Shown here: positions 51,376 through 63,465 of the stretch, piece after piece
How the letters are laid out: each line of letters starts with the position of its first letter
Position numbering within the stretch: the stretch's first letter is position 1
Assembly (NCBI RefSeq): GCF_006345805.1
Contig: NC_043003.1
Coordinates: 25,110,001-25,174,000 of the forward strand
Source: Octopus sinensis
Lineage: Eukaryota
DNA length: 64,000 bases
Direction of reading: 5' to 3'
Program-made: the position numbers and the translations under genes
The notes under the pieces: model-generated
Told to the model about the DNA's origin: nothing
The model's input: the letters and a program-made list of their open reading frames with translations, nothing else
Database searches by the model: none

Positions 51376-52389
51376 GTTTAAATTGTTGCTGGCAGATGGA
51401 TAAATATATTGAGTGTGCAGTGGTTCGAAGAAATCAGGTAATGGATTAAAGGATTAAAATATATTTGATCATTGCATGGACGAATAAATGGATTATTTAG
51501 TGAACGGATTTATGACTGATTGGATGAGGAATAGATTGATGGAGAAGTCGACGGAGTGATTTATGAATAAATGGTAGATAAATTAGAGGGACTGATGGAT
51601 AGAGGGATTAACGGACTGGTTGGTGGATTAATGGATTATTGAATGGAATGATTGGTGGATACGGGAACGGATCGGAGGATGGATTTTTGAAGTGTTCATG
51701 GTGTCATAGGGATGGTCTGAAAAAGTAGAAAGAAATTTTTCCATCTTAGTGTTAGTTTTAAAATAGACAATTAATTTTATGGTTAATTATTATTTATGTT
51801 TTGAATTACATATATATATATGAGGGCCCCCAAACCTTTTAAATGCTTGGCCTCTACGGGTCTTAATCCGGCCCTGGCTAGATGGATAGTCTGATTATTG
51901 AGGAGTGGGTGGATGGCTAGATGGATGCTTTGTTTGATGGATTGATGAAAAATAGATATGGTACCATTTGGGGCAGGGTATTGGTTTACGTATAAAAGAG
52001 CCACCCATTTATGACCCTTTTTAGAGACTCCGAAACTGGTAGGATGAAGTGGAGGGGATAGATACCCTCAAACTGGAGACCATGTTCAAAGTTTTGCAAC
52101 AGACTGAGATCGATATAACTGACTTCCCACCCACTTTCCCTCAGAAATGCTGACCTTGTTTCAAAATTAGAAAGAATTCTATGGAAATACCTAACAAAGC
52201 AATATAACTCGTATGCGATTATATTAAGCAAAAATTTACTAACAACAAACTGAAACTTGAGAACTATAAAACAATATAGATACAAGATAGGACTGCACAA
52301 AACTTTACTAATAGCAGCAAATATATCATAGGAATAGCTAGAAAGGGATGCGTGTGTGTGCTTGTTTTGGCGCTATACATCAGATAGGG

Positions 52390-52680
52390 GTTTGATATTG
52401 GTCCTTGATAGCCATAAGGGGTAATTTTTTCTGTTCTGAATAGTTGCGCGGTATTTTTATGCTCGTTAAAACTGAAAATACAGATTCAAATGAATATGAG
52501 AAAGTAAGGTGTAGGAGAAATGCCACTGCTGATTTAGATAGTATTGGAGATTTTGATTCCAAAGCAGCTAAAACATGCCCAAGATGATTTTTGAAAATTC
52601 AAGTTTGTGATGTGAGTTGCATTAGTGCTTCGTAAATACTTTATGAGCTTTCAAAGAAAGGTATTTCATCCCTCATCTTG
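52390..52680 (-). pseudogene. hAT (Buster/Charlie-like) transposase C-terminal dimerisation domain remnant
   Basis: SKSPILSKSAVAFLL..TFSYSFESVFSVLTSIK fits the pattern YP.LS..A...LL.F.TTY.CE..FS.L..IK. Confidence 0.55.
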
Positions 52681-53803
52681 CTATAAAAATACAGGGATCT
52701 AATTTATAATTGACTTTAGTTTAAATAAAAACGCGAGACTGATTTTTATCCCAAATGCTCACTTATGATCTACTTAATCTAAATAATTAAAAATTAAATT
52801 ATTTTCAAAGACGAAGTAAGCAATACAATAAAAAACATTTTAAATCTATCATTCTATACTGCATGTTCCCAAGTGTTTATTTATTTCGTGAATGGTACAG
52901 TTTTTACCAATCAAATTGAAATGGGCTCATGTTCTTAAGCAAACTGCAAGCCGTATGCAGCCCTTGGTACTTTCTGAATGGCATACCTAACAAAACATTG
53001 CTTTGAAGTATTTTTAGTAATACGGCTCGTTTCTCGGAAAAGTTTACCTATATCTGTCTTACACAGATAAATTAAGCTCATTAAGTTACATTTCTGTCTA
53101 ACAATTAAGCATTATTAGCAAAACCAGTTTTCACTATCAAAGAATCCTTCCGACAAAAATATTACTTTCTTCTTTCTGTTTACTAGACGCCTTAAAGCTT
53201 GCTCCTTTGGTAGCTACCGCAATTCTGTATCTGACGTAAGTTTGCTGAACACGGATTTTATTCTGCCATAGATCTACGAACAGATGACTATTCAATGCTT
53301 TGCCTTTTAATGAAGCTGATTAATGTAATTCCATCTTATATTATCGCCCTCAGGTGTGAAGAAATCTTTTTCTCACAATATTTTTTTCTTGATGTCTCAA
53401 AGAATAACTAGATGCAGTTGGCGCGTTGCTTGTGCTTTTAGCTTGAAATCTCACGTTTTATGTTGTCGCATCATCTGTATAGACACAGTTCTTTCATTTC
53501 GGATCCACTTAATAAAAAACAACAACAACAATAACAACAAAAGCGTTCAACTGTGAGAAGAAACAACTTCACTCGTTATACGATCATCAGATGATCGACG
53601 AAAGAATACATTCTCATAAGCAGTTTTATTACGATTATCTGACAAATACCAATAGCTGAGTTGTATTTTTAATCTCCGCCAATTCATCGATCCAAATAGA
53701 AAGTTCTTTAAATTCTTTCAATAAGTTGCACGAAATATATTATTGCTAATTTCTGCATGATTTTGCTATCATATCACTTAACAGTGGGATTTTCCTTATT
53801 ATA

Positions 53804-53966
53804 TGCGCTGCTTGGCTGTGTGGTAAGAAGTTTGCTTTGCTTGCCAACCACATGTTATCGAGTTCAGTCCCAATACGTGGTACCTTGAGCAAGTATATTC
53901 TACTGTAGTCCTGGACCGACCAAAACCTTGTGAATGGATTTGGCTGACGGAAATTGAAAGAAGCCC
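53804..53966 (+). mobile_element. SINE family A, 5' half (partner of 54770-54975)
   Basis: Ends gaaagaagccc and is followed by (CT)n. Confidence 0.8.
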
Positions 53967-54004
53967 ACCTCTCTCTCTCCCTCCCCCTCTCTCTCTCTCT
54001 ATAT

Positions 54005-54237
54005 ATATTTCTTTATTACCCACAAGGGGCTAAACACAGAGGGGACAAACAAGGACAGACAAAGGGATTAAGTCGATTACATCTATCCCAGTGCGTAACT
54101 GGTACTTAATTTATCGACCCCGAAAGGATGAAAGGCAAAGTCGACCTCGGCGGAATTTGAACTCGGAACGCAACGACAGACGAAAAACGGCTACGAATTT
54201 CGCCCGGCGAGCTAACGTTTCTGCCAGCTCGCCTCCT
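54005..54237 (-). mobile_element. SINE family B inserted in (CT)n
   Basis: Near-consensus B copy with (CT)n on both sides. Confidence 0.9.
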
Positions 54238-54300
54238 TCAACTCTCTCTCTCTATTTATGTACACACACACACGCACGCACGCACACACACATACATTTA

Positions 54301-54608
54301 ATTAATGAGAGAGACGGAAGATAGGAGAAAATTTATTTGTTTCTTTTTGCATCTGATTTTTATTAATCTTCTATAATAATGAAGTTGTATCCGTTAATTT
54401 TCTGCTTTTGTAAATACATACCGAAAAGAAATCTTGCGAGACAGGCATCATTTTAACGAGATACACCTGAAGAGACACATATACACCGACAGGTACTCTT
54501 AAACCAGTTGTTCAGCATCCCACCCGTGTGGGATTGATGCTAGATGGGTTGAAACAATTGTAGTGATCAATAAATATTCATCTTCCATCTTTCATCTCTC
54601 TCATTAAT
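54301..54608. mobile_element. About 310-bp element bounded by 22-bp inverted repeats
   Basis: attaatgagagagacggaagat / atctttcatctctctcattaat, 20 of 22 matching. Confidence 0.55.
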
Positions 54609-54690
54609 CAAATACCCAACGAACACTGAGAAAGTGAACGTGCTTCATCGGTAAGCTACCTCTACTTGGTATATACCATACGATTTATTA

Positions 54691-54736
<46 letters not shown>

Positions 54737-54769
54737 GTGTGGTGTGTGTGTGTGCATATGTATGTATGT

Positions 54770-54975
54770 GTTTGTGTCTGGCCCAACCACCGCTTGACAA
54801 CCGATGCTGGTTTGTTTACATCCCTGTAATTTAGCGGTTTCGGCAAAAGAGACTCATAGAGTATGTGCCAGACTTTAAAAAAAGTACTTGAGTCGCTTTG
54901 CTCGACTAGAAACTTTGAAGACGGTACTCCAGCATGGCCGCAGTCCAATGAATGAAAGAAATGAAAGTTAAAAAA
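54770..54975 (+). mobile_element. SINE family A, 3' half
   Basis: cgcttgacaaccgatgctgg...ccagcatggccgcagtccaatg. Confidence 0.85.
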
Positions 54976-55029
54976 AAAGATAAAGAAGGTTCCTATGGAG
55001 ATTTTGTACGCTTCTACCCGTCGCTGGCA

Positions 55030-55334
55030 ACGCACCTTCTTCGTCAATCGTATATAATTTGTCAAATATTTCGTTTCTGGATTTGGTTTGCAAGATTCTT
55101 TATATGAGTTCGTGTGTTGAAGCATATTCTGTTGTGTCTGGGGAGAGTTATTTTCTTTTTGTGCCTTATAATGTAACACACTCAACGGTAAAATTTCCAC
55201 TTATTTCTTATTTTTATTTTCCTAAAATTTTCTTTGCGTCTTGCAACCTTTTCAACAATCTTGACTCTTTACCGGTGAGTGTGTTACATTATAAGGCACA
55301 AAAAGAAAATGACTCTCCCCAGACATAACAGAAT
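55030..55334. mobile_element. Fold-back element, second copy
   Basis: 67-bp inverted repeat 55126-55192 / 55268-55334 (64 of 67); spacer homologous to 11984-12043. Confidence 0.75.
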
Positions 55335-55825
55335 TTCTCAAATAGTTTCGTATACAGTTTTCCCAATTACATATACTTTCTTTGTTGTTGTAAATAAATA
55401 CAAGGCTTTGCATGATGGCTCTTAAACATTTTTCATGAACACTCGTATGTTTCTTAAAAAGAAGTTTTCGTCCATTCAGTGATCTCTAAAAAAATACGAT
55501 AAAGATTTATCTGTGTAAGAAGTATGTCTTGTATCAAAACGCATTTTTAATTAGCGGGTTTTATATTTTTACTGACCAAATATTTGTTACAAATGTAGCA
55601 TCCTAGACATTGCTCTTTAAACCTAAGAGCGTAAATAAATCCGTTTTTGAGATAAGTAAATGAATAGTTAATCGTTATACTTCCTCTTTTTGCGCAGGAT
55701 TGTCCAGCTTCTGTTGTTCCATTATTTTCTATTTCGTGCTTCTGTAACCATGTTTTACTGGAATTATTACTTCAGCGTCGTTTCCTGCCGTGTTCTTCCA
55801 CAAATGTAACTATGGATAGGGATCT

Positions 55826-55892
55826 TCAATTAACTATTGGCAGAGCGTTAGACTGAAGATCTAAAGATCTCTGGTTCAATTCGGCGGCTGGC
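55826..55892 (+). pseudogene. tRNA-Phe(GAA) pseudogene
   Basis: ttggcagagcgttagactgaagatctaaagatctctggttcaattc matches the metazoan tRNA-Phe core; intact anticodon arm TTAGA-CTGAAGA-TCTAA (GAA at 55855-55857); acceptor stem cannot form. Confidence 0.8.
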
Positions 55893-56142
55893 TTGCCTGC
55901 TTCTAACTGGCCGTGACACAGCATGGCCACAGCTTTAGGGCTGGAAGAGAATGACAGAATAAATAACTGAAAAACCTCAATAACTCTCTTAAGTTTGTCG
56001 AGACTAATATACATTTCGTTAACCTTCCACAACCGAGATGTATTTCATCATACAGCTCCAGAAATATCTATCCCGCTTAATCTTTCGTAGGTCCTCAGTT
56101 TCATGTTCTATGTCTCATTCATAAATATTAATGTACGAGAAT

Positions 56143-56518
56143 AAGGCGACGAGATTGCAGAATCGTTAGCACGCCGGGTGAAATGCTTAGCAGTATTTCG
56201 TCTGCCGTTACGTTCTGAGTTCAAATTCCGCCGAGGTCAACTTTGCTTTTCATCCTTTCGGGGTCGATTAAATAAGTACCAGTTACGCATTGGGGTCGAT
56301 ATAATCGACTTAATCCGTTTGTCTGTCCTTGTTTGTCCCCTCTGTATGTAGCCCCTTGTGCCTGGCGAAATGATTAGCGGCATTTCCTCTGCCGTGATTG
56401 ACTTTACCTTTCATCCTTTCGGAGTCTATAAAATAAATACTAGTTAAACAGTGAGGTCGATGTAATCGACTAATCCCCTTCCTCGAACTTACTGGATTTG
56501 TACCAGAATTTGAAACCA
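56143..56518 (+). mobile_element. SINE family B dimer
   Basis: Full module plus a second module starting cctggcgaaatg. Confidence 0.85.
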
Positions 56519-56519
56519 A

Positions 56520-57070
56520 TATCCATGTAATTGAGTGACCTTCGTCTTCTATTAGAATGCGGAAGTTTCCGAAACATAACATCTGACACAGTCTGATGTT
56601 CAGTCCGATAGCAATGCCTGCAAAACCTACTTTGCATTGAGTATTAATAGTAGAAATGGGTGAAATAAATCTTTCTTTTGATCCTGTACTCATTCCATGA
56701 GATATTTTGAGTCACCAAAAGAAGCTTTATGTATGTACCATATGGCGATCTTGAAGCTCTTTCTTCATGGTCTAAGCATTGGCTCCAGAGACAAGAATAC
56801 TCTATACTCGTTTTGAAGAAGGCAAGCTTTGTTGACTTTGAGATACTCGACTGCCAGATATTGTGATGATTGTCAGGTATTCCAGATTAGTTCCTTGCGA
56901 GACAGGAAGTTTTCCTTTTTCTCAATAACATAAGACCCAAGGTACTTGAAGTTATTGTTTTTCCTGCGCTGTGTACTATCGTTGGTACAAAGGGCCAGAT
57001 GATTTTAGTCCTCACTGTTGGTCTTCTTCTGGGCTTTCTTTGCATTGAGAAGTAGACCTGTCTTTGCTGT
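56520..57070 (-). mobile_element. RTE-clade LINE 3' fragment
   Basis: AKTGLLLNAKK, NNFKYLGSY, FAG/HCYRTE..TVSDVMF..LPHSNR.RR.LNYMDI. Confidence 0.7.
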
Positions 57071-57254
57071 AGCATTTATATTTATATTTTTAAGTGTTCA
57101 AACTATATAATATATTCTAAATTAAAACATTTCAAGTCTAGTTTTTTGTATATTTTTTACTTAATTATATGTCTCAGATAGTTACTCAAAAAATTGGAGT
57201 GGGGGAAAGACAGTGAAATGATGGAATCTTTAAGGCATCTAAAAAATGCTTTGC

Positions 57255-57400
57255 GGGATCAGATCCAGCTCTTTACGTTCTGAGCTCAATTTCCACCGAG
57301 GACAACTTTGCTTTTAAACATTTTGGGATCGATAAAATAAAGCACCAGTCAAGTACTGTAATAGATGGTATTGGCTAATCCCGTATTTGTCGATCTTTTG
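57255..57400 (+). mobile_element. SINE family B fragment
   Basis: ttacgttctgagctcaatttccaccgaggacaactttgc. Confidence 0.6.
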
Positions 57401-57717
57401 GATAAACTATACACTTATGAAAGTTAAATTATCTCACCATGTTCTTACTATTGTGATACATCTCACTGGCAGTGTTATATTTCCAGATCGAGATCACAAA
57501 ATCATGCCTGTAAACAAATACATTATTACTGCAATTCACGACATAAATAAATGAATAAAATTCCTTATCTTAGACAGTCAATGCACAACTGAACGTAAGT
57601 CACAGGGTGCCAAGTGTCGCAAGACAAAATGCCAAATCATAAGATCAAAAGTTCATTGTACAGAATTTACAAAAATGAATATTGACAACATACGTACATC
57701 ATGCATACATACATACA

Positions 57718-57829
<112 letters not shown>

Positions 57830-58291
57830 TACGTATATATATTAAAGAAAACATCTTGTCTGTAAATGTTCAGTTGCACTATTGACACAAAGGTTTTACA
57901 ATATTCGACAGCCATTGAATGTCGCCGCTTTCATAATAAAATACGAGTGTGGAAGGAAAACTGAACAAGAACAGAACAAAAGCACTTCGTCTAAAACCAT
58001 TGTTCGTTTCTGGCACAGTTACCCTTCCATAATATTAACTCATATATCTTTCCAATTTATCATTTTGCATAAGCACCAAGAAATTTAAATAGAAGTAAAA
58101 TTATAATTGCTGAAAGGCAATTTTAATATCCTAATTAAAGTGGACGTAATGTTAGAACACCGTATTACTGCGGTATTCGTTTTGAGAAATCCTCTCATTT
58201 ATAGATATAAGTGATATAAGTCACTTATAATAATATCAGCAAAAAAATACTTTAGGAATGAGAACCCAGGGTTGGGTTCAAAATTCCACCT

Positions 58292-58337
58292 GACACCTGA
58301 TGAAGGCTGCAGAATAAATCAGCCGAAACGTTGTGGT
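58292..58337 (+). ncRNA. Minimal type I hammerhead (PLE type)
   Basis: gacac-CTGATGA-A-GGCTG cagaataaat CAGCC-GAAAC-GTT-gtggt: intact core, 5-bp stem II, stem I 4 of 5. Confidence 0.65.
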
Positions 58338-58546
58338 AACAACAAACAAGATGAGGACACATATCCGTCCATTGTAAATAATGTATATAATCTAATACAA
58401 TCTCAGTAAACTACAAGAATTTTGGGTATTTAGGATGATATTTGTTGTCTTCTCTGAAATTCTCCCTCTCACTCTCTTTTACTGTTTCTTTTTTCCCTCC
58501 CTTCACGTCTCTCTTTCCCTTTTCCTCTTAGTCCTCCCTTAATATT

Positions 58547-58582
<36 letters not shown>

Positions 58583-58584
58583 TC

Positions 58585-58785
58585 AAATTTTGGCACAAGG
58601 CCAGCAATTTCGAGGGGGGCGTTAAATCGATTACATCGACCCCAGTGCGTAGCTGGTACTTGTTTTATCGACGTTGAAACGATGAAAGGTAAAGTCAACC
58701 TCAACGGAATTTGAACTCAGAACGTAAGACGGACCAAATGCCGCAAATCATTTTCCCCAGCGCTGTAACGATTCCGCCAACTCAC
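58585..58785 (-). mobile_element. SINE family B
   Basis: ttttggcacaaggccagcaatttcg...ggaatttgaactcagaacgtaag. Confidence 0.8.
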
Positions 58786-58910
58786 TGTTCTTTATATACG
58801 TATACATATTGCACACACATACATACATGTGTGTGTGTGCGTGTTTACTTAACTTTCACAAAGAAAAGGTTGACAGTGACTTCAAAGTTTCGGTTTGTTC
58901 GCCTTCCACT

Positions 58911-58950
58911 GTCTGTCTGACGAAGGCGAACAAACCGAAACGTCAAAGTC
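58911..58950 (+). ncRNA. Minimal type I hammerhead overlapping a 30-bp inverted repeat
   Basis: CTGACGA-A-GG cgaacaaa CC-GAAAC-GTC-aaagtc; stem I 4 of 6. Confidence 0.5.
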
Positions 58951-59129
58951 ATTGTTAAATTTCCCCATTCTCAGAAGTTTAATAAAAGTATACTCTACGA
59001 AAAAGTATTGAGTAATTCTGCGTCTGATAAAATGTTAATATTCATTGCTATTTTGCAGAACACTTAGTTTTTTATTTCGCCGATTCCGCTGACTTCTTTC
59101 GCCGATTTCCAAAGGAAAAATATTCATTT

Positions 59130-59300
59130 CCAATTTTGGCAGAAGTGGGAGGGGAGAAGTTGTTTACATCGATCCCAGCACTCAACTGGCACTTATTTTG
59201 TAGACCCCGAAATGATGCAAGGCAACGTCGACTTCGGCGGAATTTGAACCCTGAACGTAAAAGACGTACGAAATATCGCTAAACATTTTCCCCGGCGTGC
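59130..59300 (-). mobile_element. SINE family B, degenerate
   Basis: gcaaggcaacgtcgacttcggcggaatttgaacc. Confidence 0.7.
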
Positions 59301-59602
59301 TATAAACTGGAGAATGGAAAGTGAGTGTAGTGAATTGATCGAAACAAGAATTGAAACCGCATCGCCAGAACACCTTTTGTGTTGATGCTACGGCAAAGTA
59401 CGGTACAGTACAAGGGGAAATGCATTGTATGGTACATGTAAGTCGTTGTGCAATGAGACAGTGAAACAGTGAAAGTCACCATGCACTCATCTGAACAATG
59501 TGATTGGTCGATACACATAGAGAGACACGGCTAGTTACATACATATATCTACATATTGACCAACACTTCAATTCTTAACTATGCATATATACATGCATGT
59601 GT

Positions 59603-59677
<75 letters not shown>

Positions 59678-60350
59678 ATATATATATATATAATATATAT
59701 CTATATATATATGTACATATTTGACGTCATTGGCTTCGACAGAAATCGAATTTATAATGCATACTGTCATATGTAAAAGCTGCATAACTGCAGATAAATG
59801 CACTTTCATTTAAGAGCCATTGCTCTCTCTTTCTCTTTGTCTCTTCCTCTCGTTCTCCAGCACTTCTTTCCCTCCTCTTTTCTTTTTCTCTGTCTGTCTG
59901 TCTGTCTGTCTGTCTCTTCTCTCTCTCTCTTTTTCTTTCTTTTCTTTCTCTCTACTTTCTCCCTCTCTGCTCTCTCCCCCCGCCACCCATTTTCATTTTG
60001 TCCTCCTGTTTTTCTTTCTTTGTCAGTGTATCGAAAATATGACTCCACTTCGAGACACCTTGTTAATGACTACAGTGTTACCTTATTAATTTATATTAAT
60101 TAGATACTTTTTAAAATTTATATAATTTAATCAAAGAGCAGGAGTGCATATAACCATTTTGTACGGGCTTCCGCGGTCGCGGTGACGGAGGAGGCAACTA
60201 CGGCGGTAGCGGCAACAGCGGTGGTAGCGCCGGTTGTAGTGGTTATAGTGATGGTGTAAAGAGGAGCGGGCAAAGCAAGCACAGCCCTGGGTTGCAGCAG
60301 AAACCTATCATCTTTAAAATGTGCATTACCATTTGTTGTTGCTAATGTTT

Positions 60351-60827
60351 TCTTCTTCCAATCAGGACTCACGCCATTAGCCACAAAGAATAATCTCTAA
60401 TTCGAGCCTACTCTAAGCTACTAGAATGCGAGTGGCAACTTGAAGTTCCACCCACCACACGCGATAGACTGGCGGTTGCACGGGCGCGAAAGCTACGTTG
60501 TTATCCTCATTCCGTAAACGGTGGCTTTTAACGGGTGGAGAGCTGAACCATCCTGGGGCACAGATGATTCGCAATCTAGACTAGGGTCTGAAAGTTTACC
60601 ACACCATGGTGGGTTACACCATGGTTCCTCTACTTTGTGGCAGAAGTAGGAAGAAAGAGTGAGAGAAAGTTGTGTTGAAAGAGTACAGCGGGGTTTACCC
60701 ACCCACCCCCACTCGCTGGAGCCTCGTGGGGCTTAGGTGATTTTGCTCAATAAACACTCTGGGAATCGAAACCGCGTTCTTACGACCGCGAGTCTGCTGC
60801 CCTAACCACTAGGCCATTGCGCCTCCA
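60351..60827 (-). mobile_element. SINE with family E head and third tail type, second copy
   Basis: Inverted homolog of 43740-44191. Confidence 0.85.
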
Positions 60828-61184
60828 CTGCTACTGTTGTTGCTGCTATTGTTATTGTTGCTGTTGCTGCCGTCGTCGTCGTTTTTGTTATTTTTTGGCC
60901 CCAAGCTGGCCTTGAAGAAAGCAGATCCATGATGAAAAATACTGAAGCCTTCACTATAACATTTTAAACCTGTTTGATGTAATAGTGTATGCTCGACAAC
61001 ATTTTGCAAATGTCTTTTATTTTAAGACGCTACAAGGTGGTTTGATAGCTATTTCTAGCAGCTCAAGCGCTCAGTATAGATTGCTTTCTATGACTCGTGT
61101 TGTTATGTTTTAGCCCCTCAATTAAGGACTCGTGGATAGCCCCAGTTCAGCCTATAAGAACTACATCTCACTGTTTGAGATATT

Positions 61185-61362
61185 CTTTTCTACTCTAGGC
61201 ACAAGGCCCAAAATTTTGGGGGAAGGGGCCAGTCGATTAGATCGACTCCAGTACGAAACTGGTACTTAATTTATCGACCCCGAAAGGATGAAAAGCAAAG
61301 TCCACATCGGCGGAATTTGAACTCAGAACATAAAGACAGACGAAATACCGCTAAGCATTTCG
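61185..61362 (-). mobile_element. SINE family B
   Basis: ctactctaggcacaaggcc...gaaataccgctaagcatttcg. Confidence 0.85.
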
Positions 61363-61539
61363 ATATTAAGGGCAATGTTTCTCAGGACATTTGCAGGGAA
61401 AGAGTAGCTCTGGTGCATAGGGGTCCTCATTCAATATCAAGGTGCGCAACAATTTATATCTTGATGTATCACGAAGGATGTCTAGAGTCATCGTAGTTAC
61501 CGAAAAATACTATTTTATCTTTAGCAAATGGGCATAGCT

Positions 61540-61900
61540 ATGTCGTTAAGATGCTCGCTTTACAGCCGTATGGTTTCAGGTTCAGTCACAGTGCGCAGCA
61601 TCTTCTACTGTAGTCCTGAGCCGACCAATGATTTGTGAGTGAATTTAGTAGACGGAAACTGTGTGGAAACCTGTCTTATTCATATATAAGTGTGTGAGTG
61701 TATGTTTGTACCCAGTCGTTCGACAACTGATGTTGGTTTGCTTACATTCCCGTAACTTAGCGGTTCGGCAAAAGCGAACGATAGAATAAGGACCAGATTT
61801 TAAAAATATATATATAATAAATACTGAGTGGGAGTCGACTTGTCCTTCAAGGCGGTGCCCCAGCATGGTCGTTATTCAATGATTGAAACAAGTAAAAGAA
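61540..61900 (+). mobile_element. SINE family A, full-length and diverged
   Basis: Head, body, short internal (TG) tract and tail gattgaaacaagtaaaaga. Confidence 0.75.
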
Positions 61901-62249
61901 CACACACACACACACGCACACAAATACGATTCATGAAACAAGGTTTTCTATATTTTTATCCAAATTTCAGTTTAAAAGGGTTATTAAAAAGAAAAAAAAG
62001 ATCATGTGTATACCAGTAATTACATGATTTTCGGTATGCCTCAAAGAAATTAGCATATAATATGACGAAGGTTTGCCAGCGTTTTTTTTTCCTTAGCAGA
62101 GGATCTTGTATCGCAGCAGTTCCAACATTTTTTTGGAGAATGCACTAGTTTCATGAAAGACAATTTTTCTTCGGACCGGAGGAGGAACCACGTACATAAC
62201 AAATCACAATAAAGAACATAGTATATAATTTAATTATTACATATATAGG

Positions 62250-63465
62250 TTTCAAATTTTGGCACAAGGCCAGTAATTTCGGGGGGTGGGTAGGGATAAA
62301 TCGATTACATCCACCCTAATATTCAACAGGTACTTCTTTTATTGAAACCGAAAGGATGAAAGACAAAGTCGACCTCTGGGGAATTTGAACTCAGAACGTA
62401 AAGACGGATGATATGTCTCTAAGCATGTAACCAGGCATGCTAACAATTCTGACAGCGCCTTATATAATTATTACATTTCTAATGCTTTCTACTATAGGCA
62501 CAAGGTCTGAAATTTAGTGGCGGGAGGGCGGTTAAGTCGATTATACCAACCCCAAAACTCAGCAGGTACTTAATTTATCGACCGCGAAAGGATTAAAGGC
62601 AAAGTCGACCTCAGCAGAATTCGAACTCAGAACGTAAAGATGGACGAAATACGGCTACGCATTTCGCCCGGCGTGCTAACGTTTCTGCCAGCTCGCCGTC
62701 TTATTTAACTATTACATATCTAATACAATTGTAAGGCAACATATCTAATACAATTGTAAGCAGAATCGTTAGTACGGCGGACAAAAATGCTTAGTGATAT
62801 TTCTTCTGTCTTTACGTTCTAAGCTGAAATTTCGCCGGGGTCGATTCTGTCCTTCATCCATTCGGGATCGATGAAATAAGTACCAGTTGAACACTGGGAT
62901 CGAAGTAATCGACTTACCCTGCCCCCGGAATTACTAGCCCTGTCCCAAAATTTGAAAGCAATATTACGCTTTTCATTTCGAATATTATTACATTGAAACA
63001 CAAGGCGACGACCCGGCAGAGTCGTTAGCACGCCGGCCAAAATGCTTAGCGGATTTTCGTCTATTTTTATGTTCTGAGTTCAAATTTCGCCTGTTTTTGA
63101 CTTTGCCTTTTGTCCTTTCAGAATCGATAAAATAAGTACCAGTTGAGCACTTGGGTCGATGTAATCGACTATACCCTTATTCCAAAATTTTAGTCTTGTG
63201 CCAAGAGCCGAAAATAAGTATTACATTGTAATACATATAGTACGACTCAGGTGGCGAGCTTGTAGATTCGATAACTACCCGGGGCAAAATGGTTAGCGGC
63301 ATTTCGTCCACCATTACGTTCTGAGTTCAAATTCCACCGGCGTCGACTTTGCCTTTTATGATTTCAGGGTCGATAAAATAAATACCAGTTGAATACTGAA
63401 GTCGATGAAATCGACTTCTCCCTCCCCCCCACATTGCTGGCCTTATGCTAAAATTTTAAACCAAT
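62250..63465. mobile_element. Cluster of five SINE family B copies (two minus, then three plus)
   Basis: Modules near 62250-62460, 62485-62700, 62760-62960, 63003-63210 and 63250-63465. Confidence 0.85.

Noticed and set aside
51820-51877. MITE-like terminus cttaatccggccctg
   Set aside because: Only one end is present, with no partner TIR or TSD found.
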